A DNA stretch of 48,392 nucleotides from a virus (Duplodnaviria > Caudoviricetes). The stretch covers positions 1 through 48,392 of IMG/VR virus record IMGVR_UViG_3300035042_000091. The stretch is one strand, 5' to 3'. Below are positions 9,800 to 19,480 of the stretch, one piece after another. How positions within the stretch are numbered: the stretch's first letter is position 1; the number at the start of each line of letters is the position of its first letter. The position numbers and the translations under genes are program-made. A model generated the notes under the pieces. That model had not been told where the DNA came from. It ran no database searches and worked only from the letters and a program-made list of their open reading frames with translations.

Positions 9800-10929
9800 T
9801 ATTCATCACCTCTCATGTTTAATCTTTTTTGACGCTTTTTCTCAATAGCGTCACTGCGGGAGCTGGAGTCTTTTTTCTTAAACTTAAGATTTTTATCTCC
9901 ATAGCTGCCCTGACCTTCATCCAGCATTTCACTTAATACATCAAAACGAGCTTCAATGTATTCGTCTGGTCTATCTTCGCCGTCAAACTTTTCATTAACA
10001 GCTTTGATGCAGTCGATTTTGATTTCTTTATCAGATTTGCCTTCAACCTCATAATCTTCATCCAAAAACTTGTCAGCTTTCTTCAGAAGTTCAAGTCTTT
10101 CACTGACGGCTTCATCAATTTTCTTATCAGATAACTGATTGCCCTCCAATTCATCAACTTTCTTTTGCAGGTTAGAAACCTGATCATCTTTACCATCTAA
10201 CTTACCTTCTAACTGGCCAACATTTTTAGTCAGTTCTTCATTTTCAGATTTTAAAGTATCAATTCTGCTTGCAACTTCTTCAGCTACTTCAAACTCTTTA
10301 CCGTCTAATTTAATAGTTTTCAATTTCTGATCACTCCTTTTGTTTTGCTTCTTCTTTGACTTATCATTCAAAATATCGCTGTCTTTTCTGACCTGATAGG
10401 CATAATCTTTTGAGTCCAATCTGGCACTGCAATCAGGTCCGCAACGTCCTTTTTCAACCATTGCCAGGTGGTTTAAATTAAAGTTGGTCTGTCTGCGATC
10501 GTATTTCTGGCCCTGATACGTTCCTGATTCTTCAACAATTTCACACTCAAAACCTAAGCTGCATTCCTTTTTGTTGCCATTGAGAACTTTACCGATTAAA
10601 CCTGAATCAAATACTGTTGCTCTGCCGGTTAACTTTTCTCCAACTATTCGAGCTGTATCTGATGTCATTCCTTTAACCAGCTCTTTCGAGTTGTCCGGAT
10701 TGACCAGCTCCCAGGGGTGATCGTCAGTAACTGGTAAGTTTTTTAATTGAGCTAAAACCTCTTCTGTTAACAGATCATCAGGGTGCTTAAGTTCATGGAC
10801 TATATCTCCTGTCTCTGGGTCTAAATAAGGAAAAACTCCAGTTTGTGCAGCCACAAGGTCATAAGTAAGAAAGCCAGATGAATTTTTATTAAGATTGTTA
10901 ATCCCTATCACATCAAACCTCTTTGGCAT
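9799..10929 (-). CDS. Prohead protease-scaffold (DUF2213-like)
   Basis: PVTDDHP, ECSLGF and NHLAMVEKGRCG motifs plus a coiled-coil C-terminal half. Confidence 0.85.
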   Translation of the reverse strand: MPKRFDVIGINNLNKNSSGFLTYDLVAAQTGVFPYLDPETGDIVHELKHPDDLLTEEVLAQLKNLPVTDDHPWELVNPDNSKELVKGMTSDTARIVGEKLTGRATVFDSGLIGKVLNGNKKECSLGFECEIVEESGTYQGQKYDRRQTNFNLNHLAMVEKGRCGPDCSARLDSKDYAYQVRKDSDILNDKSKKKQNKRSDQKLKTIKLDGKEFEVAEEVASRIDTLKSENEELTKNVGQLEGKLDGKDDQVSNLQKKVDELEGNQLSDKKIDEAVSERLELLKKADKFLDEDYEVEGKSDKEIKIDCIKAVNEKFDGEDRPDEYIEARFDVLSEMLDEGQGSYGDKNLKFKKKDSSSRSDAIEKKRQKRLNMRGDE

Positions 10930-10946
10930 CTGTAATCACCCCCTTT

Positions 10947-11738
10947 CTATGCTGCTCTTCCAAACATTTGCTCCAATTCTTCTTCAACAATTTCAGCAGT
11001 GCAGCGACAATTATAATCTTTGCCAGGGAAGAGTCCGTTCGCTCCTTCTTCCCATGTGAATTTCTTTCCATCTAAAGCTTTATGTTTATCACGGACCCTA
11101 CTATCATCTGAATCCCTCCAGATGAACTCTTTAAGTCCGAGCTCCTGGTGCCTTATTTTTGTAAAGTCACCCAGCATACTACCTGCCTGGTCTCTTGCAA
11201 TAAATTTAGCTCTGCTATCTGTTTTTTTATAGATATCCTGTATATTATCTTTGATATCGTCTATACTCTCTCCGGATCTCACCCCCTGCAGCACAATAGT
11301 ATCCAGCTGTTTATGGTACTCTTCCGGAATTGATTTAATTAAACTAACATTTTCAGATACTGCAGCCTTTACTGCATCCTCTAATTGCTGGTTTCTTTTG
11401 AGAGGATTCATTCCAATAACTGATCTGATCTGTTCTTTAACCTCGTTATTGGTGTGATTTTTAACTCTTTTAGAGAATTTGTCAGCTAACTTTTTTGCTG
11501 TTGCATCAGAAAAGGCCCGAGTAATAGCTGATTCTTTCAGCTCCTCAAGGCCTTGTATTATGTCATCCATTTCGCTGTCTTTTTTATAAGAGTCATTCCT
11601 CCGTAAATATGGAGTGACTTTCCTATCAACAAAATCCATGACATCATTATTCATTTTTTCGATTATATCCTGCAGGTCTTCATAATAATCAACTGCATGA
11701 TTAGCTGGAAAAAGTATTCTAGGAAGTGGCATTTTCAT
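10947..11738 (-). CDS. Minor head protein (SPP1 gp7 / Mu gpF family)
   Basis: IARDQ, DSRVRDKH and PGKDYNCRC motifs. Confidence 0.9.
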   Translation of the reverse strand: MKMPLPRILFPANHAVDYYEDLQDIIEKMNNDVMDFVDRKVTPYLRRNDSYKKDSEMDDIIQGLEELKESAITRAFSDATAKKLADKFSKRVKNHTNNEVKEQIRSVIGMNPLKRNQQLEDAVKAAVSENVSLIKSIPEEYHKQLDTIVLQGVRSGESIDDIKDNIQDIYKKTDSRAKFIARDQAGSMLGDFTKIRHQELGLKEFIWRDSDDSRVRDKHKALDGKKFTWEEGANGLFPGKDYNCRCTAEIVEEELEQMFGRAA

Positions 11739-13059
11739 GTGCCTCCTTCACTCTGTGGGCCAGCTCTATTGTTTCTTCATCTGACATGTCTAACTTTTCC
11801 ATCAAACTGCTTTTACTGGTCCGCTCTTCTCTTATCTCATCAGCTGTATAAACTTGATTTTTGATGTATATTGCATCAGTCTCAGCGACTGTCTTTCTAA
11901 TATTAGCATCAGTTTCTTTGTCTAGCTTCCAAAGTGGATTGAAAGAAATTGAGTATTTACCGTCTGGATCAGTTCGTCCACTGCCAACTCCGCTGTCTTT
12001 AGCCCAAAACAACAGATTAATTAGCTGTTCTATCAACGGCCTTAAATAGTTCTCCTGGAGTCCAGCAATTCTTGCATAATAATTTAAGCTGTCAAACTGT
12101 CCTCCCGTAATTGTACCCTGCTGCTGGCCCATGATATGACTCTTAGGCATTCTTGCAGCACCGGCTAAATAGTCCCAGACAAAATCAAGCATATCTTTTA
12201 AACTAGATAATGAACCTGTAGGACTTTTAAATTCTAACTCATCCTCTGGGCCAATTAGTGCAAGTGAAAGAGTATTAAACTCAAATTCGAGCTGACTCTG
12301 TACTTTCTGCCTGGTTTCAGTGTCTGTTATATCGACTCCATCTGATTTAAGGACCTTAAAGACCAAAGAATAAAGCAACTGGCCAACTGACCATGCTGCA
12401 TTATCAAAAATAGTTAACGGGTCAAATATTGACTGTATAAGCGGAATTCCCATTGCCTCATCCTCTACAGTTCTAACCTGCAGATGCAATAGCCTTGATT
12501 TATGGATTTTTCTTTCTCCCTGGCCACCAACACCAGATATCTTAAACTTTTCAATATCTCCGTACTCCGGAGAGAACATATCCTCATTAATATCAGTGTC
12601 ATGTATTTTATTTCCTGAAAAAGCGTGAATATAATCAATATCAATCAGCTGCTTAGGGTTTAGCTCCTCTTCAAGCTCCAATTCGCCGGCCTGTCTGGCT
12701 CCAATACTGCAGAAACCATCACCTCTCAACCTTTCGTATTTGCACATATCCTGCATTTTAGGCTGAGCATTTAATTCAGTCAGTTTATTTTCAATAGCTT
12801 CCTTAACCTTTTTGTCGGCTTCTATTGATATCCATTCTCTTGTCATATCCTCAGCTGGTATATCAACTATATTCTGAAAGATACGATTGCTTTTATAAAG
12901 AGAAGTTATATCTTGATCAGAAAGTGGCGGACCTTCATTTGGTCTCTGCTGAGTGAGTGGATCACCATTTGGCCCCAACAGTTTACCTTTTGAACTATTT
13001 GGATTTTGCGAGTGCATGAAATCCTGTCTTAATACGTTATAAACTCCTTTGTCTGCCAA
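11719..13059 (-). CDS. Portal protein (DUF1073-like)
   Basis: IVDIPAEDMTREW, IHKSR and FNPLW motifs; follows terL. Confidence 0.88.
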   Translation of the reverse strand: MADKGVYNVLRQDFMHSQNPNSSKGKLLGPNGDPLTQQRPNEGPPLSDQDITSLYKSNRIFQNIVDIPAEDMTREWISIEADKKVKEAIENKLTELNAQPKMQDMCKYERLRGDGFCSIGARQAGELELEEELNPKQLIDIDYIHAFSGNKIHDTDINEDMFSPEYGDIEKFKISGVGGQGERKIHKSRLLHLQVRTVEDEAMGIPLIQSIFDPLTIFDNAAWSVGQLLYSLVFKVLKSDGVDITDTETRQKVQSQLEFEFNTLSLALIGPEDELEFKSPTGSLSSLKDMLDFVWDYLAGAARMPKSHIMGQQQGTITGGQFDSLNYYARIAGLQENYLRPLIEQLINLLFWAKDSGVGSGRTDPDGKYSISFNPLWKLDKETDANIRKTVAETDAIYIKNQVYTADEIREERTSKSSLMEKLDMSDEETIELAHRVKEAHENATS

Positions 13060-13074
13060 AGTTTATCACCTCCA

Positions 13075-14499
13075 TTAACTTGCATAAGCTGAATAAATTC
13101 CTCCTTGCTGGTCAAGCATTTCAGCAAGCATTGTAATTCCATCAGGTGCATCATCATGTTTGACTTTGCCCGATTTATTGTATTTCTTAAGCTCTCTCAT
13201 AAACTTGTCATAATCACTACCCGCTTCATAATCATCTCTAAAATAGAAATATTCTTTTACATATCCAGACTTCATTAATATTCTAGTATGTTTATTGCTA
13301 ACAGTAGGCTCCCAATTGATAGTAGTTTTAGACTTTTTGAGGTCTTTTACTGTCATTGCAAAACCTTTACCGCCATTATTACTCTCAAATTTCGCTCTAT
13401 CGGGCTGGTATTTATCAATAAACGCTGCAGTCAGAGGTTGAGTGACCTCTATCGGATCTTTAGTAAATAAAACGTCAGTAATAAATACTTTATCGCCAAA
13501 AATATAACCAATAGGGCAGCATAAACTGTCAGTACCTTCATCTGCTATATCTGCAGCCATCAATATACCTTCTGGCCGTTTATTCAGTTCATCCATCGAA
13601 AAGTAATTAAGAGATTGATCAGGGAATACAAGTCCTTTAGCTTCAACTGGACTCTGCTGCCACTCAGCTTCCCAGATTAATTCATCAAGTAATTTCTTTT
13701 CTTTTAATAACTTTTCAGTAGAATGAATCTCTTCGCAATACGATTCACCATCAACTAAAGCAGGAATAACTATCTTTTTTGCATTATTACCCTGGAACTC
13801 TCCCTCTTCAATCAATCGACCAGGTATATCATTATTACTCCACCTGGTAGCAATATGAATTTCAGGGCAGCCTTTTTCTAATCTTGATTTATGAGTAGAT
13901 CCGTACCAATTCCACTTCTTTTCAAGTGAGTTTTCACTCATAGCTTCTTCAGCGTTTTTGATGCTATCATCAAGAATTGCAGCTTTAGTACATCCTAAAC
14001 CAATTACAGTACCACCAACACCGGCTCCAAAATAGCTGACTCCTTGCTCTGAGGTAGTTAATTTCCAACCTTCTAGCTTTTCAGTAGCAAAGTGTATCTC
14101 CGGAAAAATATCTCTATAACGCCTTTTATGAGTATCTCCTCTCATAATATCTCTAATATCATTCGAGAATTTATTATAGAGCGTATTGGTAACAGTGTTT
14201 CTCATAATACTTTCAGTTGGGTTTCTTCCTAATACCCAGGTGCACCAAAGGCTTGTAATATAACTTTTACCAGTACGAGGTGGCATTCCAACATAAAGAA
14301 GGTCAAGTTTTCCCTCTTCGACTTCTTGAAATGCTTCGGCCACTGGTTTAAGTATTGATTTTCTTTTATCAAAAAAATCATAGTCCATATATAAACAAAA
14401 CTCCCAGAAGTCATCGTAAGCTTCTAAGAGTTTGAGTTCTCTAAAATCATCATCGAGCTCTATCAACTCATAATATTCCTCTGAATTAAGAGACATCAT
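13075..14499 (-). CDS. terL: Terminase large subunit
   Basis: PPRTGKS Walker A, ILDD Walker B, ATRW, and C-terminal HDDAPD nuclease motif. Confidence 0.93.
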   Translation of the reverse strand: MMSLNSEEYYELIELDDDFRELKLLEAYDDFWEFCLYMDYDFFDKRKSILKPVAEAFQEVEEGKLDLLYVGMPPRTGKSYITSLWCTWVLGRNPTESIMRNTVTNTLYNKFSNDIRDIMRGDTHKRRYRDIFPEIHFATEKLEGWKLTTSEQGVSYFGAGVGGTVIGLGCTKAAILDDSIKNAEEAMSENSLEKKWNWYGSTHKSRLEKGCPEIHIATRWSNNDIPGRLIEEGEFQGNNAKKIVIPALVDGESYCEEIHSTEKLLKEKKLLDELIWEAEWQQSPVEAKGLVFPDQSLNYFSMDELNKRPEGILMAADIADEGTDSLCCPIGYIFGDKVFITDVLFTKDPIEVTQPLTAAFIDKYQPDRAKFESNNGGKGFAMTVKDLKKSKTTINWEPTVSNKHTRILMKSGYVKEYFYFRDDYEAGSDYDKFMRELKKYNKSGKVKHDDAPDGITMLAEMLDQQGGIYSAYAS

Positions 14500-14993
14500 C
14501 TGTCACCTAACTTTTTAAGCAGCTGCTTCCGCCTCTCTTCTCTTTCTTCTTTGCTCATGCCAGAAATATGCTCCTCTTTAGAAGTAACATCAATCTGCTG
14601 CTTATCTCTCCATTCGTCAGGCTTTCTGTTTTTAAGCCAAAATATTTGAGCAGTAGTATCTGGCTGCACTTCTTTAGTTTTAACCTCAGTGATCATCATT
14701 TCTTTTTTGCCGGTTTCTTTATTATGCTTAAGCTCTCTTTTCACTTCCTGATATTCATAACCCAGGGCTCTTTTAAGCAAAGCATTCTCCACTTGACGAT
14801 CAATAACTTCTTTTCCCTTTTTTAAGGCCTCGGATAACTCGGGATATTTCTTTTTATACTCGTAAAGAGTTGATACATGAATCCCCATATTATCCGCTAT
14901 TTGTTCATCAGTAAGGCCATCCCTAGCCCAACCTTCAATTAGCTCAAGCTTTTCATCCCAACCATCTCTTTCATAAATAGTTTTTCTAGGCAT
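14496..14993 (-). CDS. terS: Terminase small subunit
   Basis: N-terminal HTH (GLTDEQIA), ALLKRALGY and AQIFWLKNR; directly upstream of terL. Confidence 0.88.
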   Translation of the reverse strand: MPRKTIYERDGWDEKLELIEGWARDGLTDEQIADNMGIHVSTLYEYKKKYPELSEALKKGKEVIDRQVENALLKRALGYEYQEVKRELKHNKETGKKEMMITEVKTKEVQPDTTAQIFWLKNRKPDEWRDKQQIDVTSKEEHISGMSKEEREERRKQLLKKLGDR

Positions 14994-15009
14994 AACCTCA
15001 CCTCATTCC

Positions 15010-15213
15010 TTAAATCTTAAAGTGACTGCACTCTCTTTTGGTCTCAGAAAACTCTTTTAAAGTCATATCACTAAATTTTCTTTTATGCTCAGTAATGCAA
15101 TTAAAACATAATTCGTGCTCATTCATTTCTTCTGTTGCCATATCACTAAAAAATTCATCACCACATCTTTTGCATTCAATGTCACCAAATTTTATTTCAA
15201 ACAATGACAACAT
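15010..15213 (-). CDS. Small Zn-finger-like protein
   Basis: CKRC...CFNC; GGAG SD. Confidence 0.5.
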   Translation of the reverse strand: MLSLFEIKFGDIECKRCGDEFFSDMATEEMNEHELCFNCITEHKRKFSDMTLKEFSETKRECSHFKI

Positions 15214-15291
15214 CTCCTCTTATTACTCTTAAGATAAATAATAACTAACCTGCTCTCCCCACTCCCCCTGTAGTCCCCCTCGCCCCTCTCA

Positions 15292-15504
15292 TTAAATTAC
15301 AGTGCCAAATAGTTCCCATTCACTGTACTGGTTCTCTCGAGTGTAGAGGTGGAAACATTCACTGACAATGAAACTTTCTCCGTCTTTTTCTAAGTCAACT
15401 TTTTCTACTTTCAACCAGCCCATCCGGTATCCATGGACGTGCTGCGGAAAATTCTTTCTTAAAAATAATTCTATGCGATCAGGTGGTTCAAACAATCTTA
15501 TCAA
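15292..15504 (-). CDS. Hypothetical protein
   Basis: AAGGAG SD upstream; same strand as the operon. Confidence 0.45.
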   Translation of the reverse strand: MIRLFEPPDRIELFLRKNFPQHVHGYRMGWLKVEKVDLEKDGESFIVSECFHLYTRENQYSEWELFGTVI

Positions 15505-15569
15505 CTCCTTTTGTTTTAGAGGGCGGCATTCAGTAGTTAGCCACCCTCCGGGTTAATAATGGGGGTAAC

Positions 15570-15596
15570 AAAAAACCTCGACTACTAAAGCCGAGG
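15570..15596 (-). terminator. Intrinsic terminator
   Basis: Minus strand reads CCTCGGC-TTTAGTA-GTCGAGG-TTTTTT. Confidence 0.65.
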
Positions 15597-15690
15597 AAAA
15601 AATAAGGAGGAAATCAGAGGCTATGGCTACCTCTGCCAATTCTAACCCAAAAATCTATATTTAATCAGTGTATGTCAAATATTGAATAGC

Positions 15691-15718
15691 AAAAGCCCCA
15701 GAAATAATTCCAGGGCTT
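15691..15718 (-). terminator. Probable intrinsic terminator
   Basis: Minus strand AAGCCCTGGAA...TTCTGGGGCTTTT hairpin with a short U tract. Confidence 0.5.
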
Positions 15719-15779
15719 CATGAGAAAGGAAAGTCATTGTGAATGTCTACCTAAATTCACATAATTGCTTATTATGTTC

Positions 15780-15843
15780 ATAATAGCACACTTTTTGTGC
15801 CTTCGTGTTCGCCATTAGTTCACAAACAGTTCGCAAGCTGTTC
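15780..15843 (-). promoter_or_regulatory. Putative late promoter with activator-binding direct repeats
   Basis: GTTC at 15807, 15818, 15829 and 15840 (11-bp period), then extended -10 TGcTATTAT at 15788-15780. Confidence 0.65.
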
Positions 15844-15847
15844 TTTT

Positions 15848-16333
15848 TTAATTATTTGCAACTTTTTCTCTCTTTTTCTTTATAAATCCAACAATTCTTG
15901 CTGCCTTTTCCATTGCTTCATCCTTAATCTCATAATATTTTGTTCTACCGTAAGGGAAATTAGGGTGAGTATAAACTTCACTATCTTCAACAATCCGGCC
16001 AGTTTTATACTTAATATCCATTAGCAGCTGCTCTATTGGATCTAAACCCTTATAAGCTTTTTCCACTCTTTTTACAAGTTTAATTTTTCTTTTGTACTCT
16101 TCCTTGAGCTCCTGCTCTTTTTCAACAGACTCCATAACTGGTTGAGCTGTTGGGTCAAAATGATTTGAGGATTGCACTCTTGGCCTTGAATAATCTATCC
16201 CCTGCCCCTTCCCGGCTAAATCTTCTAAAAAATCACCATCTATTTCAGCTTCAAATTGAATGTATTCGCACCTGCTTTTATATTCCCGGTAATTAACGAA
16301 ATCAAAAATCACTCTTGAATAATAGTTCTCCAC
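15848..16333 (-). CDS. Late transcriptional activator (ArpU/RinA-like)
   Basis: Last early gene; DPTA and coiled coil followed by a sigma4-like HTH (RTKYYEIKDEA). Confidence 0.72.
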   Translation of the reverse strand: MENYYSRVIFDFVNYREYKSRCEYIQFEAEIDGDFLEDLAGKGQGIDYSRPRVQSSNHFDPTAQPVMESVEKEQELKEEYKRKIKLVKRVEKAYKGLDPIEQLLMDIKYKTGRIVEDSEVYTHPNFPYGRTKYYEIKDEAMEKAARIVGFIKKKREKVANN

Positions 16334-16527
16334 TACATCTTCACCCCACTTTTAGCTTCCATCATGTATTTATAGCTTGTAAACACTGGGTCATCCTCTG
16401 CAAATTCAACCGGCTCCACTCTCTCTGTCTTTCTCAGACTCAAATCAAAGCAATCAATCAGAAAATTATATATTTGAGGCTGTTTTTTCTCTATCTGCTC
16501 TCCCATTGTCATCCTGATCAGCTCCAA
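16333..16527 (-). CDS. Hypothetical protein
   Basis: Translationally coupled to its neighbours. Confidence 0.5.
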   Translation of the reverse strand: MELIRMTMGEQIEKKQPQIYNFLIDCFDLSLRKTERVEPVEFAEDDPVFTSYKYMMEAKSGVKM

Positions 16528-16773
16528 TTATCTTTTTATGATGTCGTACCAATTACCTTCAGGCTTTAATTCTTTCCCCATCCATTCTGAATCAATTTCA
16601 CTTATTTCATGGCTTCTCTTATCAATTGATAGCCTCACATTTAAATCATTGTGTATCTCTCTGTCTTCCAGTAATAAATTATTTCTTGTAGAAGGACTGC
16701 AAGCTATTAATCTCCCTGTTATAAAATAATCTCTATACCAATCTTTAGTGCAATATACTTTTAAATCAGACAT
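16528..16773 (-). CDS. Hypothetical protein
   Basis: Coupled ORF in the early operon. Confidence 0.55.
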   Translation of the reverse strand: MSDLKVYCTKDWYRDYFITGRLIACSPSTRNNLLLEDREIHNDLNVRLSIDKRSHEISEIDSEWMGKELKPEGNWYDIIKR

Positions 16774-17122
16774 CTTTATCAGCTCCCTTAATCATTTCAA
16801 GTAATCGTGGCCAACTACTTTTATTTTTATAATTCATGCAGCACAAATACCCACCGCCGTAATCCTTCAAATAAATTTCTTTAACATTCCCCTTTCCATC
16901 ATGCTTAATCCTGATATGAGCTTTATTAGGATTGTTAATTATTCTGTTTTTCAATTCTTTATGATCATTGTGATTTTCAATCCAGTTCTTAATTTCGGAC
17001 TCATTAACTGCATCTAAAATATTAATTCTATAATCAGCAAACTTTTTTCTTTTAAAAATAGGTTCAGCTTTAATCTGATTAATGTTCAATTCTTTGCTTT
17101 TGAATAATGACATTTGAGACAT
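16766..17122 (-). CDS. Hypothetical protein (start likely MSQMSLF)
   Basis: GGAGG SD before the ATG at 17122. Confidence 0.55.
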   Translation of the reverse strand: MSQMSLFKSKELNINQIKAEPIFKRKKFADYRINILDAVNESEIKNWIENHNDHKELKNRIINNPNKAHIRIKHDGKGNVKEIYLKDYGGGYLCCMNYKNKSSWPRLLEMIKGADKDV

Positions 17123-17123
17123 T

Positions 17124-17561
17124 TTAAGCCTCCCTGAAATTAATATCCGGATACTTAGCAAGCAGTAGCTTCTTTTTTAGTTTGTAAACCTGGGTTTTAT
17201 GGCCTTTAACATCCACTACCTCAACTGATCCGTCTGAATAAGTTATCTTAAAATCAGCTATATATTTTATTCCCCGGCCAGTTACCCGGTCCTTATCTTT
17301 CTCCAGGAGAACAAATTTAGGCTGCAACTCAAACTCTTCAACCTCTCCGGCTGCTTTTAGAAGTTTTAGATTTTCATAAAACCTTGCCTCTTTCTTGCTA
17401 TCAAAATTTATTCCATCTACAAGTGGCTTTTTATTATTATATTTATTCTTCCTGGTTGATTTATTTTGCTCCTTTCTTTCCATTTTGATTAGTTCCCATT
17501 CTCCCTTGGGTATCCCCATCTTTTTGGCATCTTCTTCTGAATTTATAAACACTCTAGTCAT
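17124..17561 (-). CDS. DUF1064-family nuclease (putative Holliday junction resolvase)
   Basis: KYNNK..DGINFDSKKEA, YIADF and DVKG motifs. Confidence 0.85.
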   Translation of the reverse strand: MTRVFINSEEDAKKMGIPKGEWELIKMERKEQNKSTRKNKYNNKKPLVDGINFDSKKEARFYENLKLLKAAGEVEEFELQPKFVLLEKDKDRVTGRGIKYIADFKITYSDGSVEVVDVKGHKTQVYKLKKKLLLAKYPDINFREA

Positions 17562-18079
17562 TGCTCAAAAGGACACCTCTCTTCCATTTCTCCCGACTGC
17601 ACTACTGGTATATCATATTTCATCAACAATTCTTTTAAATCACAGTTCTGCTTATCCTCTGGCTCTAAATCGCACCCTCTGCAGTTGCTATAGAGGGTAA
17701 AATTGATAATATCGTAAAGATCATCTGTTTCTATTGCAGTTATATCATCAGTCTTTCTCATTTTCTTCTTTTTCTTTCTGGCCTGATCAGTATAATCAAG
17801 CGATAATTTAGTCTGACTGACCATTTCATCAATATTATTTTGCTGGTCCTTAGTAATTCCTTCCTGCAGCATTTCGGCCACTTTCCCGGTATAGGTCCTT
17901 GCCATTTTGATGGTCCTCATAAACTTAGTTGACTTCTCAATTTTTTCATTTTCTTCATAATCGTCAATTTTGCTTTCATAAAAAGCTTTAAAATGAGTCA
18001 ATATCTCTGCGATTTTCTGGTCCTGTCTGCTTAAAAATTTAGGCATTGGCTGCACTCCCCTCGTTATTATCTCTAGCAA
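17558..18079 (-). CDS. Conserved phage protein with C-terminal Cys cluster
   Basis: CRGC..C..CP; real start probably near 18046. Confidence 0.55.
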   Translation of the reverse strand: MLEIITRGVQPMPKFLSRQDQKIAEILTHFKAFYESKIDDYEENEKIEKSTKFMRTIKMARTYTGKVAEMLQEGITKDQQNNIDEMVSQTKLSLDYTDQARKKKKKMRKTDDITAIETDDLYDIINFTLYSNCRGCDLEPEDKQNCDLKELLMKYDIPVVQSGEMEERCPFEQ

Positions 18080-18386
18080 AGTCCAGGAATCTCACATTAT
18101 CCGCATTGACTTCAGGATTAATATAAGTCCTGTTATTGTTCTCTGACTTTCTAATTTGAAGGGAGCCGTCCACTCCAACGAGTCTCCCTTTTCCCAGGTG
18201 CCGGGCACAATTTTCAGCCAGACCCCTCCAGGTCACGATATTGATAAAATCAACATCTCTATCTCCATCACGGTTAGTATAATTTCTCTCTACGGCCAGG
18301 GTAAAATTACAGACCGGGGTTCCATTTCCTGTATAGCGGAGTTCTGGCGAAGCAGTCAGGCGTCCAATTAAGCATATTTTATTCAT
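18039..18386 (-). CDS. ssb: Single-stranded DNA-binding protein (short, no acidic PF tail)
   Basis: MNK..LIGRLT..PELRYT, DFINIV.W and KG.LV.V.G motifs. Confidence 0.93.
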   Translation of the reverse strand: MNKICLIGRLTASPELRYTGNGTPVCNFTLAVERNYTNRDGDRDVDFINIVTWRGLAENCARHLGKGRLVGVDGSLQIRKSENNNRTYINPEVNADNVRFLDFARDNNEGSAANA

Positions 18387-18945
18387 TCGACATTCTCCTT
18401 TGTTTAGCGTGGAAAGCTGTATGCTCTCCTACATTTTTAAATAATTCTAAGTTGCTTGGCCTATTGTCATTTCTAATTCTATTTTTGTGATGTACTACTT
18501 CTTCTTCTGTTAAATACCTATCTAATTTTTCTTCCATAACTAACCTGTGTTCCATTATATAACCCTCTTTACACGAATTTGGGTGTTCTGGTTTATAAAT
18601 TTGTATATATCCATCACTTCTATGCCTTTTGCCGCCATTCCAATTGGGAGATTTTCTCCCTTTAGCAGCTTTAGACATTTTCTTTCTTGTTTCTAAAGAG
18701 ATCACTTTACCCAAATTTCCTTTTCTAATTTTTTCTTTTACTTCTTCTCTCCTGGGCCTATTTTTCAAAATGTCGCCGGTTTTTCTAGTTTCTATATTTA
18801 ATCTTCTTAAATGATTTAATATTGTAGCTGGAGTACATTCGACTTCTTCTGCAATTTCAGCCATAGTCATTTCTTTATCTAAATATGCTTCTCTTAAATA
18901 ATCATCAAACCCAGGTTTATTTTTTAACATTAATTTTCTTGCCAT
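18379..18945 (-). CDS. HNH endonuclease with HTH/NUMOD3 (homing-endonuclease-like)
   Basis: ETRKKMS, WNGG, EHRLVME and VHHKN...DNRPSNL motifs. Confidence 0.85.
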   Translation of the reverse strand: MARKLMLKNKPGFDDYLREAYLDKEMTMAEIAEEVECTPATILNHLRRLNIETRKTGDILKNRPRREEVKEKIRKGNLGKVISLETRKKMSKAAKGRKSPNWNGGKRHRSDGYIQIYKPEHPNSCKEGYIMEHRLVMEEKLDRYLTEEEVVHHKNRIRNDNRPSNLELFKNVGEHTAFHAKQRRMSNE

Positions 18946-18972
18946 AACAACCCTCCCCTTATAAGTACAATT

Positions 18973-19293
18973 CTATTCAACATCTTCTACATTCCTCCAT
19001 TTTCCATAATTATTATCAGCTATATCCTTAATATCATCTAATAGTTCATTTAAAACTTCCCTCGGTGCATTTTCTGGTCTATATTCAATCATTTCAGCTA
19101 TACCCTCAAATTCTTTGTCCATTTCTAAATGCTCATCTAATACATTTTCGATAAAATCTTCAACTCTTGATAACTCACTTAACGCTCGTGCTATAGGCTC
19201 GTTTTCTTTTCCTAGTGGTAAAGTTAAATCACTACTTGAAGTCTGCAGCACTTCCCTAATATCATCTATTAAATCATCAAAGTTTACTTTCAT
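18973..19293 (-). CDS. Hypothetical acidic protein
   Basis: Operon ORF with SD. Confidence 0.55.
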   Translation of the reverse strand: MKVNFDDLIDDIREVLQTSSSDLTLPLGKENEPIARALSELSRVEDFIENVLDEHLEMDKEFEGIAEMIEYRPENAPREVLNELLDDIKDIADNNYGKWRNVEDVE

Positions 19294-19478
19294 TATTCAT
19301 TCTCCTTCACAATCTTATAATTGTTTTCCTGCAGCCACTTATGAAATTTATATGCCTCACATTCTTTTCTGCAAAAACTCTTAGCAAACGACTTTCCTAA
19401 CTCTGTGTCATTATCAATTAATTTTTGCATACCACATTCTGTATCTTTACAATATTCTCGACTTTGATATTCAGACAT
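19293..19478 (-). CDS. Small Cys-rich protein
   Basis: Four Cys; coupled to neighbours. Confidence 0.5.
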   Translation of the reverse strand: MSEYQSREYCKDTECGMQKLIDNDTELGKSFAKSFCRKECEAYKFHKWLQENNYKIVKENE

Positions 19479-19480
19479 TT

